From a virus: 64,000 bases of DNA. The notes under the pieces were generated by a model. That model was not told the origin of the DNA and did not search any database. It saw nothing but the letters and a program-made list of their open reading frames with translations. A program made the translations under genes and the position numbers. Shown here one piece after another: positions 9,501-18,958 of the stretch. Position 1 is the stretch's first letter; each line of letters begins with the position of its first letter. The DNA lies in the IMG/VR virus record IMGVR_UViG_3300015360_000041, positions 2,900 through 66,899 of that record; one strand, 5' to 3'.

Positions 9501-10571
9501 TTACATTTTAAAATCTCCGTAATCAACATCTGACGAGTCCTGTTTGAACGCGCCCGTGGTGTATGTCACTATCTCAGTCTCTTGTGGTGCTTCCTGCATC
9601 GATTTGCTTTCGGTCCAATTGGTAATCCAACTTATTGGATTCTGTACCTTATCGAATATCGGTTCCAATTTTATGGTTTTCATCCGGCTATTAGTGAGCC
9701 ATTTCATGTACTGGATGAGGATGTCAGCATTCATTCCAATCATGGCGCCGTCTTTGAAAAGGTATTTCGCCCACTCAATCTCTTCGTCTGCCGCGTCCTG
9801 GTACATTTTTATCACAGTCTTTTCACATTCTGCTGCAATCTTTTTGAATCCCTCAGTCTCGTCTTCTGCCAAATATTTGAGTATCAACGACGAACACCCC
9901 ATGTGTAGGTTCTCGTCGCGGTTTATTAGCGATATGATTTTCGCATTGCCTTCCATCTTTTTGTTCTGTGCGAAACAGTATGAACACGCGAAAGACACGT
10001 AAAAACGTATGCCTTCGAGTATGTTTATGGAAACTAAAGTCAGATAAAGTTTCTTCTTGCGATTCTTCAATGTGTCATCAGGAATGGCCTCGATAAGCTC
10101 GTCATAATACTTGGTCACGGACGACGTGCGTTTGATAATTTCCGGGTCATCAAGTATGGTATCGAACACCTCAGACGGATTAGTGTAAATCTGTTTGATG
10201 ATGTATGTATACGAGTACGAGTGTAACGTCTCGAAGAACTCCCAAGTTTTGGCAAATGCCTCGATCTCCGGATTCGAACAGTCTTTCAGCAAATGTGAAA
10301 TTCCCCTGGACTGTACAGAATCTAGTAATATCTGGTACCCGAGGTTTTTTGTAAAAATGAAACGCTCGTGGTCAGACAACGACTGAAAGTCGGATTTGTC
10401 CCTGCTCAAATTAATTTCTTCCGGTCTCCAGAAGAAAGATATTTGTTGTTTGAACATGTTGAAAATCTTCTCGTATTTAGGCTGGTCATATCGTTGTAAC
10501 GACAATTCTGCACCAAAGAACATCGGTTCCTTTCTGTAATCTATTTGCTTTGTGTTTATGATGTTTTTCAT
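9501..10571 (-). CDS. nrdB: ribonucleotide reductase class Ia beta subunit
   Basis: FFWRPEEI, LLDSVQ, ETLHSYSY, LEGIRFYVSF, RDENLH, APQETE. Confidence 0.97.
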   Translation of the reverse strand: MKNIINTKQIDYRKEPMFFGAELSLQRYDQPKYEKIFNMFKQQISFFWRPEEINLSRDKSDFQSLSDHERFIFTKNLGYQILLDSVQSRGISHLLKDCSNPEIEAFAKTWEFFETLHSYSYTYIIKQIYTNPSEVFDTILDDPEIIKRTSSVTKYYDELIEAIPDDTLKNRKKKLYLTLVSINILEGIRFYVSFACSYCFAQNKKMEGNAKIISLINRDENLHMGCSSLILKYLAEDETEGFKKIAAECEKTVIKMYQDAADEEIEWAKYLFKDGAMIGMNADILIQYMKWLTNSRMKTIKLEPIFDKVQNPISWITNWTESKSMQEAPQETEIVTYTTGAFKQDSSDVDYGDFKM

Positions 10572-10587
10572 ATCTTATATTTTTTTT

Positions 10588-11091
10588 TTAAATTGAGCAT
10601 GCGCCAGAATCACAACCGGAGTCTTTACCCATCTCATCGATGTCATCGGATTTCTTGTCGTCAGTGTTTGCATAGTATAAGGTCTTTAGACCGTATTTGT
10701 ACGCGTATAACAAGTCTTTGATAACACCGCCCAGAGAGATACCGTCATTACTGTACTCGTAGTAGTGATTTGCAGACACCGACTGGTCGATCCATTTCTG
10801 GATTACCGCAACGATGTTAGTGTAACCCTTGTTGTCGCCCATGTCGTAAGCCAGCTGGTATTTGTTCTTCAATTTAGTTATCTCCGGGACAACCTGTTTG
10901 ACTAGACCCGACTTGGAGCGCTTTGTCGTCACCAATGCTCGTACAGGTTCCATACCGTTAGTCGCATTCTGTACTACTGCGGAATTATGTGATACACAAC
11001 CATTATCTAATATATAATTATGTTGATTTAATACTTCTATATCATAAGTATGTTCTTGTTCTTGTAATTTTGTGATTTTTGTAATTCTCAT
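10588..11091 (-). CDS. nrdA: NrdA C-terminal fragment fused to a split-intein C-half (IntC)
   Basis: 36-aa IntC ending YDIEV..HNY..NGCVSHN, then SAVVQNATNGMEP, DQSVSAN, LKTLYY and terminal CDSGAC. Confidence 0.93.
   Translation of the reverse strand: MRITKITKLQEQEHTYDIEVLNQHNYILDNGCVSHNSAVVQNATNGMEPVRALVTTKRSKSGLVKQVVPEITKLKNKYQLAYDMGDNKGYTNIVAVIQKWIDQSVSANHYYEYSNDGISLGGVIKDLLYAYKYGLKTLYYANTDDKKSDDIDEMGKDSGCDSGACSI
10984..11091 (-). mobile_element. split intein C-terminal half (36 aa)
   Basis: Blocks F/G, penultimate His, terminal Asn, Ser+1. Confidence 0.9.
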
Positions 11092-11106
11092 ATTTTATTT
11101 TTGTTT

Positions 11107-11232
11107 TTATTTTATGTGTTGTTGATTAAACATTTGTAATTTATATTCTAATTCTTCTATAGTATGACTGCATTTTATTTTTTTACTGCTATTTACAGAT
11201 AATGACATATATTCTAAATTTAGAATATGCCG
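11107..11232 (-). pseudogene. probable 3' remnant of an HNH-type endonuclease between the intein halves
   Basis: Minus-strand frame reads RHILNLEYMSLSVNSSKKIKCSHTIEELEYKL..., an NL......N..K...C..TIEEL HNH C-terminal pattern with no N-terminal part. Confidence 0.5.
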
Positions 11233-11234
11233 GC

Positions 11235-11582
11235 TTATTCAAAAATATTAATAATATCGTCAAATTCTTTCAGTTCATCAACTCGCGTCCATATTTCGAT
11301 ATTATCTCTATTAACTAAGAGCTTATGATTTGCTGTCATTTTATATGTTTTACCGTCAGTGAATTCTATTTCATATAATGATTTTAATCCATTATAATAA
11401 AACTTATTACATATATCAGAACTATCTTTAGTTTTAACATTGAATGGAGTCTCAAATTCATACCAGTTTGATATTCCGTTCTTTTCTATTTTTTCAACAT
11501 CTATATTTTGTTCTTTGAAAATTTCAGTATACGATTTAATATCGCCATTTTCTAATATTATTTTAGTATCTTTTGTAACGCA
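11235..11582 (-). mobile_element. split intein N-terminal half (115 aa)
   Basis: Cys1 block A CVTKDTKI, block B TANH; visibly AT-rich relative to the flanks. Confidence 0.9.
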
Positions 11583-13475
11583 AGATTCCGCAGGCATGAC
11601 GGCTGTCAATACCGAGTTGCGTAAACCCGCTCCCGTTTTGAGGTCGAGTTTCACTCTCAGCCCCTCCCAGTCGCACGAGTGTGTGCGTTTCACTAAGTCA
11701 TCTACATTCTTGTTATATCTGTCTATTGGCAAGACGCCTTTGCTGTACGTCGTCTTATCGTACCATTCACACGCGCCCAACTCTTCCGCTAATTTATTAG
11801 ATGCCACCAATAGAGAATACTGTATGTGCTCGAACAATTCGTCTACGGCAGTCAGAGACTCGGCGTCAGTGTATTTCAGGTCTTGTTTGGCCAACCAGTA
11901 TGCGAAATTTGTGATACCGACACCTATGCTTCTGCGTTTCAACATCTTCTTAGACGCGTTAACCGGGTAGTCCTGGTGGGTTATAACAAAATCTAATAAT
12001 CTCACAATGTATTCGGACGCCTTGTATAACTCTTCGTTGTTCTTTATGGTGCCCAAGTTGTGTGCTGCGAGAACACATAGGGCAATCTCGCCTTCCGAAA
12101 GGTGTTCAGTTTCCGGTTTGTCATCAAAATCGTATATCGATTTTAGTTCGCTGGTAACAAGACAAATTTCCACGCAAAGATTCGACATTTTCACGCACTC
12201 GATGAACGGAGAATTCGAATTCACATTATCGATATTCATCACATAAAGACGTCCCGTTCCGATGCGTTCCTGCGCGAAACTGTTCATCAGGTCGCGGGCT
12301 TTCACTGTCTTGCGTACAATCTTTTTGTTAGCCTCGTATTTCTCATACAGTTCGTCAAACTTCTCGTTGACGCCAAAGCTATCGTATAAACCCGGCACGT
12401 CGTGCGGACTGAATAGTGATATGTCTTCGTTATCGATGAATCTCTTGTAGAACATCTTAGAGAACTGGATGCCGTAATCCATATGTCGTACACGGTTGTC
12501 GTCAGTGCCCTTATTATTCTTCAACACCAATACGTCTTCAATCTCTTTATGCCACCACGGGAAATATACTGTTGCGGAACCCTTTCTGATACCGCCTTGG
12601 GAACATGAATGTACCGAGCTTTGCATCTGTTTCAAGAACGGGATTACCCCGGTGTGTACAATCTCTCCGCCGCGGATTTTAGAGCCTACTGCACGGATTT
12701 TACCGACATTGATGCCGATGCCCGCGCGCTTGCTCACATATTTAGTGATTGCCGCGTTTACGTATATGATGGAATCTAATGAGTCGCCAGTTTCAATTAG
12801 CGTACATGAGCTGTACTGCCTGTTCGGTGTCCTGATCCCGGCCATAATCGGCGTAGGCAGTGATATTTTCTGTAACGATATTAGGTCGTATAGTTCCTTG
12901 ATATGTTTGAAACGTGTGTCCTTGTCGTAATCCATGAATACTGTCATAGCTATCAACATGAATGCGTATTGCGGCGTCTCGTATATCTTACCGACAGAAC
13001 GGTCTTTGACCAGGTACTTGTCCATCAGCTGTTGAAGACCGGCGTAAGTGAAATCGTAATCTCGCTTGTGTTTGATGTACAGGTTGATGACAGATATTTC
13101 TTCGTTCGTGTACTTTTCCAATATGACCGGGTCGTATACCTCAGCCTTGACATTATTGGTTATGACGTTCCACAGGTGGGGCATCTCGGTCTTCACCTCG
13201 AATACCTCCTTACGCAACAGGTAATTTAAAAGATTTGCTGCAACATATTGGTAGTTTGGTGTTTTCTCGTTTGTCAGGTCGACTGCAGACTGTATCAATA
13301 CATTATGTATCGCGCTGGTCTTTATTCCTGAAAAGAATTGAATGTGTGAGTTCATTGCTACATCGCTTGCAGACACCCCAGAAAGACCTTCTGTCGCCCA
13401 CATTAAAACTTTGTTGATTTTCTCGGCATCGAAACTTAGCTTTTCCCCGTTTCTCTTGGTAACGTTTGAATCCAT
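11235..13475 (-). CDS. nrdA: NrdA N-terminal fragment (ATP cone + catalytic barrel) fused to a split-intein N-half
   Basis: VTKRNG ATP cone, ETPQ, SLPTP, QYSSC, SQGGIRKG, SNLCVEI; after MPAES it continues CVTKDT...TANHKLL and stops. Confidence 0.95.
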   Translation of the reverse strand: MDSNVTKRNGEKLSFDAEKINKVLMWATEGLSGVSASDVAMNSHIQFFSGIKTSAIHNVLIQSAVDLTNEKTPNYQYVAANLLNYLLRKEVFEVKTEMPHLWNVITNNVKAEVYDPVILEKYTNEEISVINLYIKHKRDYDFTYAGLQQLMDKYLVKDRSVGKIYETPQYAFMLIAMTVFMDYDKDTRFKHIKELYDLISLQKISLPTPIMAGIRTPNRQYSSCTLIETGDSLDSIIYVNAAITKYVSKRAGIGINVGKIRAVGSKIRGGEIVHTGVIPFLKQMQSSVHSCSQGGIRKGSATVYFPWWHKEIEDVLVLKNNKGTDDNRVRHMDYGIQFSKMFYKRFIDNEDISLFSPHDVPGLYDSFGVNEKFDELYEKYEANKKIVRKTVKARDLMNSFAQERIGTGRLYVMNIDNVNSNSPFIECVKMSNLCVEICLVTSELKSIYDFDDKPETEHLSEGEIALCVLAAHNLGTIKNNEELYKASEYIVRLLDFVITHQDYPVNASKKMLKRRSIGVGITNFAYWLAKQDLKYTDAESLTAVDELFEHIQYSLLVASNKLAEELGACEWYDKTTYSKGVLPIDRYNKNVDDLVKRTHSCDWEGLRVKLDLKTGAGLRNSVLTAVMPAESCVTKDTKIILENGDIKSYTEIFKEQNIDVEKIEKNGISNWYEFETPFNVKTKDSSDICNKFYYNGLKSLYEIEFTDGKTYKMTANHKLLVNRDNIEIWTRVDELKEFDDIINIFE

Positions 13476-13597
13476 ATTTTTTGTTGTTTTTATTTAGTGT
13501 TTGTATATCTATATATTGCAATATTCATGAAATGTTTTGAAAAATAGAAAATAATTATTCCGTATTATGTGTCCTTTATTTCACAAATTAATATCTA

Positions 13598-14803
13598 TCA
13601 AATTATATTTTTAACATACACGAATACTTTTACGCCGGCGTTAGGGACGCATATTACATTTCCGTTTGCGATCTCGGATTTTACCGCGGAGTGTTTCATG
13701 GGCTGCCTGTGTTTTATTTCATCTGTATGTACCCAGTAATTCATAACCCCGCCCTTCGAGTAGTTTACGAACGTGAACCCAATATCTTCCAGGCTGCCGC
13801 CGATATTGTGGTCGTAGTCGGAATAGAACTTGATTTCGTTCACCTGTATAGATTTCTTGCCAACTTCCAGGAACTCATGGTTGTTTATGAAATGTCTGAA
13901 CAGTCTAGAGCTTCCGCCGACGACAGAGTGATATTTCAATGTACCGACGCGTATGATTTCTATCACCCCGGGTTTCTTGGCGAAAAAATTGTAGCCGAAT
14001 GTGTATAACATGACTAGAGTGCCGGCTTTCAAACTATTTCTGTCTTTTTTGAGAACCATCCCGAGATTTAGAGACGCACCTCTGCTGCCATAGAAACAGT
14101 TCTTCTTTTCAAATTCCCTGGCGACCGCGCCATCTACGACCACTATCTCACAGTCCCTCGCGTATATCCTGTCGATAGTCTTGTGCGCGGCGTGTAAGAT
14201 ATACGATTTCAGTATTTCTTTTTTCGCCGGGTCATTCCACTCGAAGTCTTTTACCCACATTTTGAACGAGTTATTCTGCTCTGACTGTAACGACAAATTG
14301 AAAAAATACGACTTGTCTATGTCGTTCAACGAGTGTTTCGAACTGTCGATATAGCATATCTCATATCTCATGCCAGATCTAGTATGGAAATAATATTGGT
14401 TGTTTTCGACGGTATAATCAATTTTGCTGATATTCAGAAACGCTGTCATCTCGTTATTATATAACGTGTGTTTCGCCTGTAACGAATACACCGTGTACCC
14501 ACAATCGTATATCTTGAAAATGTTGTCATTTAATATTTTTACGGCATCGTTATTATATTTTAGATCGATAACACTGTTTTCGTGTAAAATTGTGTCCTTG
14601 CTGTTAGAATCAAAATATTTATAGTTCGGCTGTTCATATTTGACAAAATTTAATTTCCCGGTATCCAAGAATATGTTATTGTTGTCGTGTGTGTAATAAT
14701 ACGCGTGTAGATTTAATTCATTTACGAATATATCGAATATATCCGTGGGGTCATATGCGGCGTCGAAATTGAAGTATGTTATCGTATTGTCGTCTACTGA
14801 CAT
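13598..14803 (-). CDS. C-terminal part of a Hef-like homing endonuclease-associated protein
   Basis: KIYDCG, IYARDCEI, GGSSRLF, YSD..GF motifs typical of these phage proteins; its frame stays open upstream into the neighbouring ORF. Confidence 0.55.
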   Translation of the reverse strand: MSVDDNTITYFNFDAAYDPTDIFDIFVNELNLHAYYYTHDNNNIFLDTGKLNFVKYEQPNYKYFDSNSKDTILHENSVIDLKYNNDAVKILNDNIFKIYDCGYTVYSLQAKHTLYNNEMTAFLNISKIDYTVENNQYYFHTRSGMRYEICYIDSSKHSLNDIDKSYFFNLSLQSEQNNSFKMWVKDFEWNDPAKKEILKSYILHAAHKTIDRIYARDCEIVVVDGAVAREFEKKNCFYGSRGASLNLGMVLKKDRNSLKAGTLVMLYTFGYNFFAKKPGVIEIIRVGTLKYHSVVGGSSRLFRHFINNHEFLEVGKKSIQVNEIKFYSDYDHNIGGSLEDIGFTFVNYSKGGVMNYWVHTDEIKHRQPMKHSAVKSEIANGNVICVPNAGVKVFVYVKNII

Positions 14804-14829
14804 GTTTGCTATGGCGGTGTCACCTACAG

Positions 14830-15999
14830 CTAATTCGTAGTTGTATCGACTAATACGGCCGTAGAAATATCGGTATATTTGATTTCGTCTTGTGTAATTT
14901 CACTGACGGTGTAGCTTGTAAATTTATCATGTGATTTATTGATATGATTACGTAATAGCGTTTTTATATTGTTGCTGTTATGTTTCCACTCGTTTTCAAA
15001 AACGTGGAATAATTTTATGTTTTGTTTACTTGCGGCTGTGGATTTATTGTAATGATAGTTCGTGTCCGTTTTATATTTCTCTGAGTGCCAGAATACGCCG
15101 TTGTACTCTACTGCCAGATTTACGTCTTTGCAGTATATGTCTAAGTGCTTGCCGTTCAGTATTGTTTTATTTGTCTGCTCGGTATTCGTAAACTGTTTTA
15201 TGTAGTCAAATAACTCGAGTTCCGCGCAAGATATGTTACTGTTGATGGGATTACACTCGGTACACGGGCACACGTCGTATAACTTAACTCGCTGGTACAG
15301 TAATTTGTACGGTATTTCATAATATCTGTCACATTTTGTGCACAATATCTTTAACAAGTTTTCATTCAATATTTCAAAATTATGTATGTCGTAATCTCTC
15401 GGCAGTTTATACATGTAAAAATTGACCCAGGTTTTTTGGATTTTGTTTTTAAAATATACTGATTTATTGAAACTTGCCGCCCCGTATCTTTTCATGTTTG
15501 TCGCAACCGACTTAGTTTTTATGTCTAAATGCGTCAGTGGCGATTTGCTGTTATACTTGAGTATGCAAGTGTTCTGTTTTTTCTGCTGGATGTCATGTAC
15601 CAATAACACATTTTCCACGCCGTATCTGTCCATACACGTCTGCCTGTATTTCTCTTTGCCCTCGTCACTCTGCATATAACTATCGTGACCGAATAACATG
15701 TTATTGGTTATTTTAGCTTTACCGCGCGAGCACGCTTTGCAGGTATAAAACCCGTGTCTGTTAACATTCTGCACGTATTTGTAATACATTAACGATTTTT
15801 CTGCGTCACATTTAGTGCAAATCGCAGTAATGGCTGCATGCGAATTCGTAGACAAATCATGTATCTTGACGTCTGCAGTGTAAATCACACCCTGCGCCGT
15901 CTTATCGCCATTTTCTAATTCGTATCCCTTGCTGAGAAAATAGCTTTTGTTTGTATTATTGATTTTTATCTGTATCTTTTCTTCTTTAATCATATGCAC
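14830..15999 (-). CDS. putative homing endonuclease: Zn fingers, KYG-type repeats, PD-(D/E)XK/Vsr-like domain
   Basis: CxxC pairs, TCMDRYGVEN/TNMKRYG repeats, HLDIY...AVEYNGVFWHS, FHVFENEW. Confidence 0.7.
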   Translation of the reverse strand: MHMIKEEKIQIKINNTNKSYFLSKGYELENGDKTAQGVIYTADVKIHDLSTNSHAAITAICTKCDAEKSLMYYKYVQNVNRHGFYTCKACSRGKAKITNNMLFGHDSYMQSDEGKEKYRQTCMDRYGVENVLLVHDIQQKKQNTCILKYNSKSPLTHLDIKTKSVATNMKRYGAASFNKSVYFKNKIQKTWVNFYMYKLPRDYDIHNFEILNENLLKILCTKCDRYYEIPYKLLYQRVKLYDVCPCTECNPINSNISCAELELFDYIKQFTNTEQTNKTILNGKHLDIYCKDVNLAVEYNGVFWHSEKYKTDTNYHYNKSTAASKQNIKLFHVFENEWKHNSNNIKTLLRNHINKSHDKFTSYTVSEITQDEIKYTDISTAVLVDTTTN

Positions 16000-16083
16000 T
16001 ATATATAGTATTATGTATTATATAATATAATTATTATTTGTTTAAAAATAAACTAATAAACAATTATATTATATAACAATTAT

Positions 16084-17412
16084 ATGGAACGCATGATTAT
16101 CGATAGGAAAAAAAAGCAATTATCTACAGATGAAATATCATATTTAGATACGCTTAGTGAATACGATGTTATTGCGTTAATGAAAGAATGTAACGACAAA
16201 TATAATTACCATAACGCCGTTCAGACAGGATTAAAATTAATTTTAAACTCTGTTTATGGTGCATTCGGTAACGAGTTTTTCGTGTGTTCCACGACTGATA
16301 TTGCAGGGGCCATCACGGCGATGGGTCGTGACCTTATCAAATACATGGATACTATTAATGAGACGTATTGGTACGAGTACTGGCATGAAGACGATGAGCT
16401 GCACGAGCATTTAAAAATAAGCGATGTCGAAAAAATACCAGATAACTGGATTCACAGAGAGTCGAAGACACTGCACGAAGGCGAAGTCACCCAGTTAGAT
16501 ATGGAAGACGGCACGTACCAGAGAGAAGTGTCTGTGAGTAACTATGTTGATACTGATTCTTTATTTTGTTCATTCGAACCGGCAATGAATAGCGCTAAAT
16601 GGAAAGGCGATGAACAAGATTTCATCACAAAAATAGCTGAATTCAGACTGGAGCCGTTGTTCAAATCGAAGCTCAAGGGTTATGCGAAGAAATACCGTGT
16701 CGAAAATATACAGGAGTTTGAATTAGAGAATATTAATGAGTCGGTAATATTTTTGACGAAAAAGAAATACATCAAGCACACGATACGGGAAGATGGCACG
16801 CAATACCCGAGACTGCAGAATATTGTGCCGAAAGGCGTGCAGCTTATTCAGAAGGGGACACCTAAATTCGCCAGAGAGAAAGTCATGCAGATTATCAATT
16901 ACTTGTTTGATAATTCAACATCGTATAATATCAAAGACCTGTTGAAATTTGTCAGGGACCTGAAGAAGGAATTCGAATTGACAGATATTAACGATATTGT
17001 ACAGTCTACGAATATAAACAATTACTGGTCTAGCAAGTTGATTGTGGACGGCCAACTCACAGATGGTCCTGGAGTAGTACATGACAAAGACAAGCTCATT
17101 TACGGCAAGGGCACGTATTACACAATAAAGGCAGCTGGTCTATACAATAACTTGCTGTACAAACACGCTGAGCTGATTAACACATACGAGGTCATAAAAC
17201 CCGGTACAAAAGTAAAGATATACCCGTGTCTCGACAGTGAGAATGATAAATTTTGTTACATATTGGGCAAATATCCGAAGGAATTCGCGCCGGCCGTCGA
17301 TTATGACGAATTATTTCAGAAAACGATAGCAGCCCAGGTTAATACATATATTAGTGCGTTAGGTCTGCCGGAACTGAATAAGCGTCTAAAGGTCGTAATA
17401 TCACTGTTTTAA
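16084..17412 (+). CDS. family B DNA polymerase, C-terminal subunit only (split gene)
   Basis: Motif B KLILNSVYG, motif C YVDTDS, KKKY, KG; no exonuclease domain and no motif A. Confidence 0.85.
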   Translation: MERMIIDRKKKQLSTDEISYLDTLSEYDVIALMKECNDKYNYHNAVQTGLKLILNSVYGAFGNEFFVCSTTDIAGAITAMGRDLIKYMDTINETYWYEYWHEDDELHEHLKISDVEKIPDNWIHRESKTLHEGEVTQLDMEDGTYQREVSVSNYVDTDSLFCSFEPAMNSAKWKGDEQDFITKIAEFRLEPLFKSKLKGYAKKYRVENIQEFELENINESVIFLTKKKYIKHTIREDGTQYPRLQNIVPKGVQLIQKGTPKFAREKVMQIINYLFDNSTSYNIKDLLKFVRDLKKEFELTDINDIVQSTNINNYWSSKLIVDGQLTDGPGVVHDKDKLIYGKGTYYTIKAAGLYNNLLYKHAELINTYEVIKPGTKVKIYPCLDSENDKFCYILGKYPKEFAPAVDYDELFQKTIAAQVNTYISALGLPELNKRLKVVISLF

Positions 17413-17430
17413 AAAACAACTATAAATAAT

Positions 17431-18537
17431 ATGACGAATATAAATTTCGACCCGACATATGACGATTACATCTTGAACAAAATTTATGACAGAATAACAG
17501 ATTTCTCTGTCAATTCTGTGTATCTTGAGATAAACAAGGAGAAATTTGAAGAGATAATAGAAAATAATTTCTTAGAACTGGACGCATACGAGAAGACTGA
17601 GCATGTGTATTCTAAATCGACTAACAACTTAGAACCGTACACGACCAGGGCACTCATGTCAAAGGAATTTGCTGTAGTGTATTCCATAACGAATCACAAC
17701 GAGAAGTCTGAGACAGACAAGAATTTCGATTACGACAAAGACGGCATATGGACTGCCAGTAATTTCACGTTCTATTACGACAACAAGAACGCGTCAAAGA
17801 TAAAAACCGTGATTTCCCAACTGAAAGAAAATATAAGAACACAGGAGATAAAAAATAGATTTTATACGATAGGCGCAGATTCTACAGGGTTTGTTTTAAA
17901 TGCAGAGAAAGTGAATACTATGACATTAGACTTGGCGTTGAATTACGGCTCAAAATTTGTTGTGGCGCACGACGAGATTTACGAGGCGTTAAAGACACAG
18001 TTTTCTGGTCTAATATTACTGCACGGGACTCCAGGAACTGGCAAGACTACTTACATCCGACATTTGATTAAATTATTATGCAACGACAAGACGATAATAT
18101 ATGTCCCGACATACATGGTGGAACAACTGGCAAATCCTGAATTTATATCGTTTATACAGAGATTCAAGGAGGCGATACTCATATTGGAAGACGCCGAATT
18201 TTGTCTACAAACAAGGGATGACGAACGCGGCGGTGCGCAAGCTGTTTCGAATCTTTTGAACATCACAAACGGGCTTTTAAACGACGTCACAAAGATACAG
18301 GTGATTGCGACTTTCAACATGGACAAGAAAAATATAGATAAAGCATTATTACGTCCGGGTCGTTTATTGAAAGAATGGAAGTTTGATAAGTTATCTATGG
18401 AAGAATCGATTAATCTGTCAAAGTCTTTGAACAAAGACATCAGCATAACCACGAACATGACGCTTGCCGAGATTTATTCCGGCAAGACGCAGACTACGAA
18501 AACAAAAAAACGCATTGGAATTAAAGACGAAGAATAA
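17431..18537 (+). CDS. AAA+ ATPase
   Basis: HGTPGTGKT, ILEDAE, IDKALLRPGR. Confidence 0.9.
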   Translation: MTNINFDPTYDDYILNKIYDRITDFSVNSVYLEINKEKFEEIIENNFLELDAYEKTEHVYSKSTNNLEPYTTRALMSKEFAVVYSITNHNEKSETDKNFDYDKDGIWTASNFTFYYDNKNASKIKTVISQLKENIRTQEIKNRFYTIGADSTGFVLNAEKVNTMTLDLALNYGSKFVVAHDEIYEALKTQFSGLILLHGTPGTGKTTYIRHLIKLLCNDKTIIYVPTYMVEQLANPEFISFIQRFKEAILILEDAEFCLQTRDDERGGAQAVSNLLNITNGLLNDVTKIQVIATFNMDKKNIDKALLRPGRLLKEWKFDKLSMEESINLSKSLNKDISITTNMTLAEIYSGKTQTTKTKKRIGIKDEE

Positions 18538-18827
18538 TGTGGTCAACTGATGATATTTTAAGAACAGAAAATTTCAATGACTTAAGCAAGTCCCAGCTGC
18601 TTGATATAATATCTGTATTGCGCAATGACCTGAAATACCACAAGTATCGCAGAGACGTGGCACAAGAGCAATCGCAGACGCTCATAACATCACTGAACGC
18701 ACAACTGGTCGCAGAAAAGAAAGATTTCGAGAGAATAAAACAGTCCAATGTAAATTTTTATAATAAAATCAGCAGACAGTTGACTCTATGGGAGCGTATA
18801 AAAGGCCGAATAGACCTCAAGAATTAA
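18537..18827 (+). CDS. hypothetical coiled-coil protein
   Basis: Translationally coupled (TAATG). Confidence 0.6.
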   Translation: MWSTDDILRTENFNDLSKSQLLDIISVLRNDLKYHKYRRDVAQEQSQTLITSLNAQLVAEKKDFERIKQSNVNFYNKISRQLTLWERIKGRIDLKN

Positions 18828-18958
18828 AATATGTAATAACACTTTAAAAATTAATAAATTTATAAAAAGAGAAGAATTATTAAAATATTTGATTTTATGC
18901 TGGAGTAATGGATATAAAAGAATATATAAATTTGAAAACAAAAATAACATAACATACT

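Noticed and set aside
16084-16240. Split-intein C-half at the start of the PolB fragment (..YHN-A..)
   Set aside because: No block F, and the +1 residue is Ala rather than Cys/Ser/Thr; it reads as the normal fingers helix
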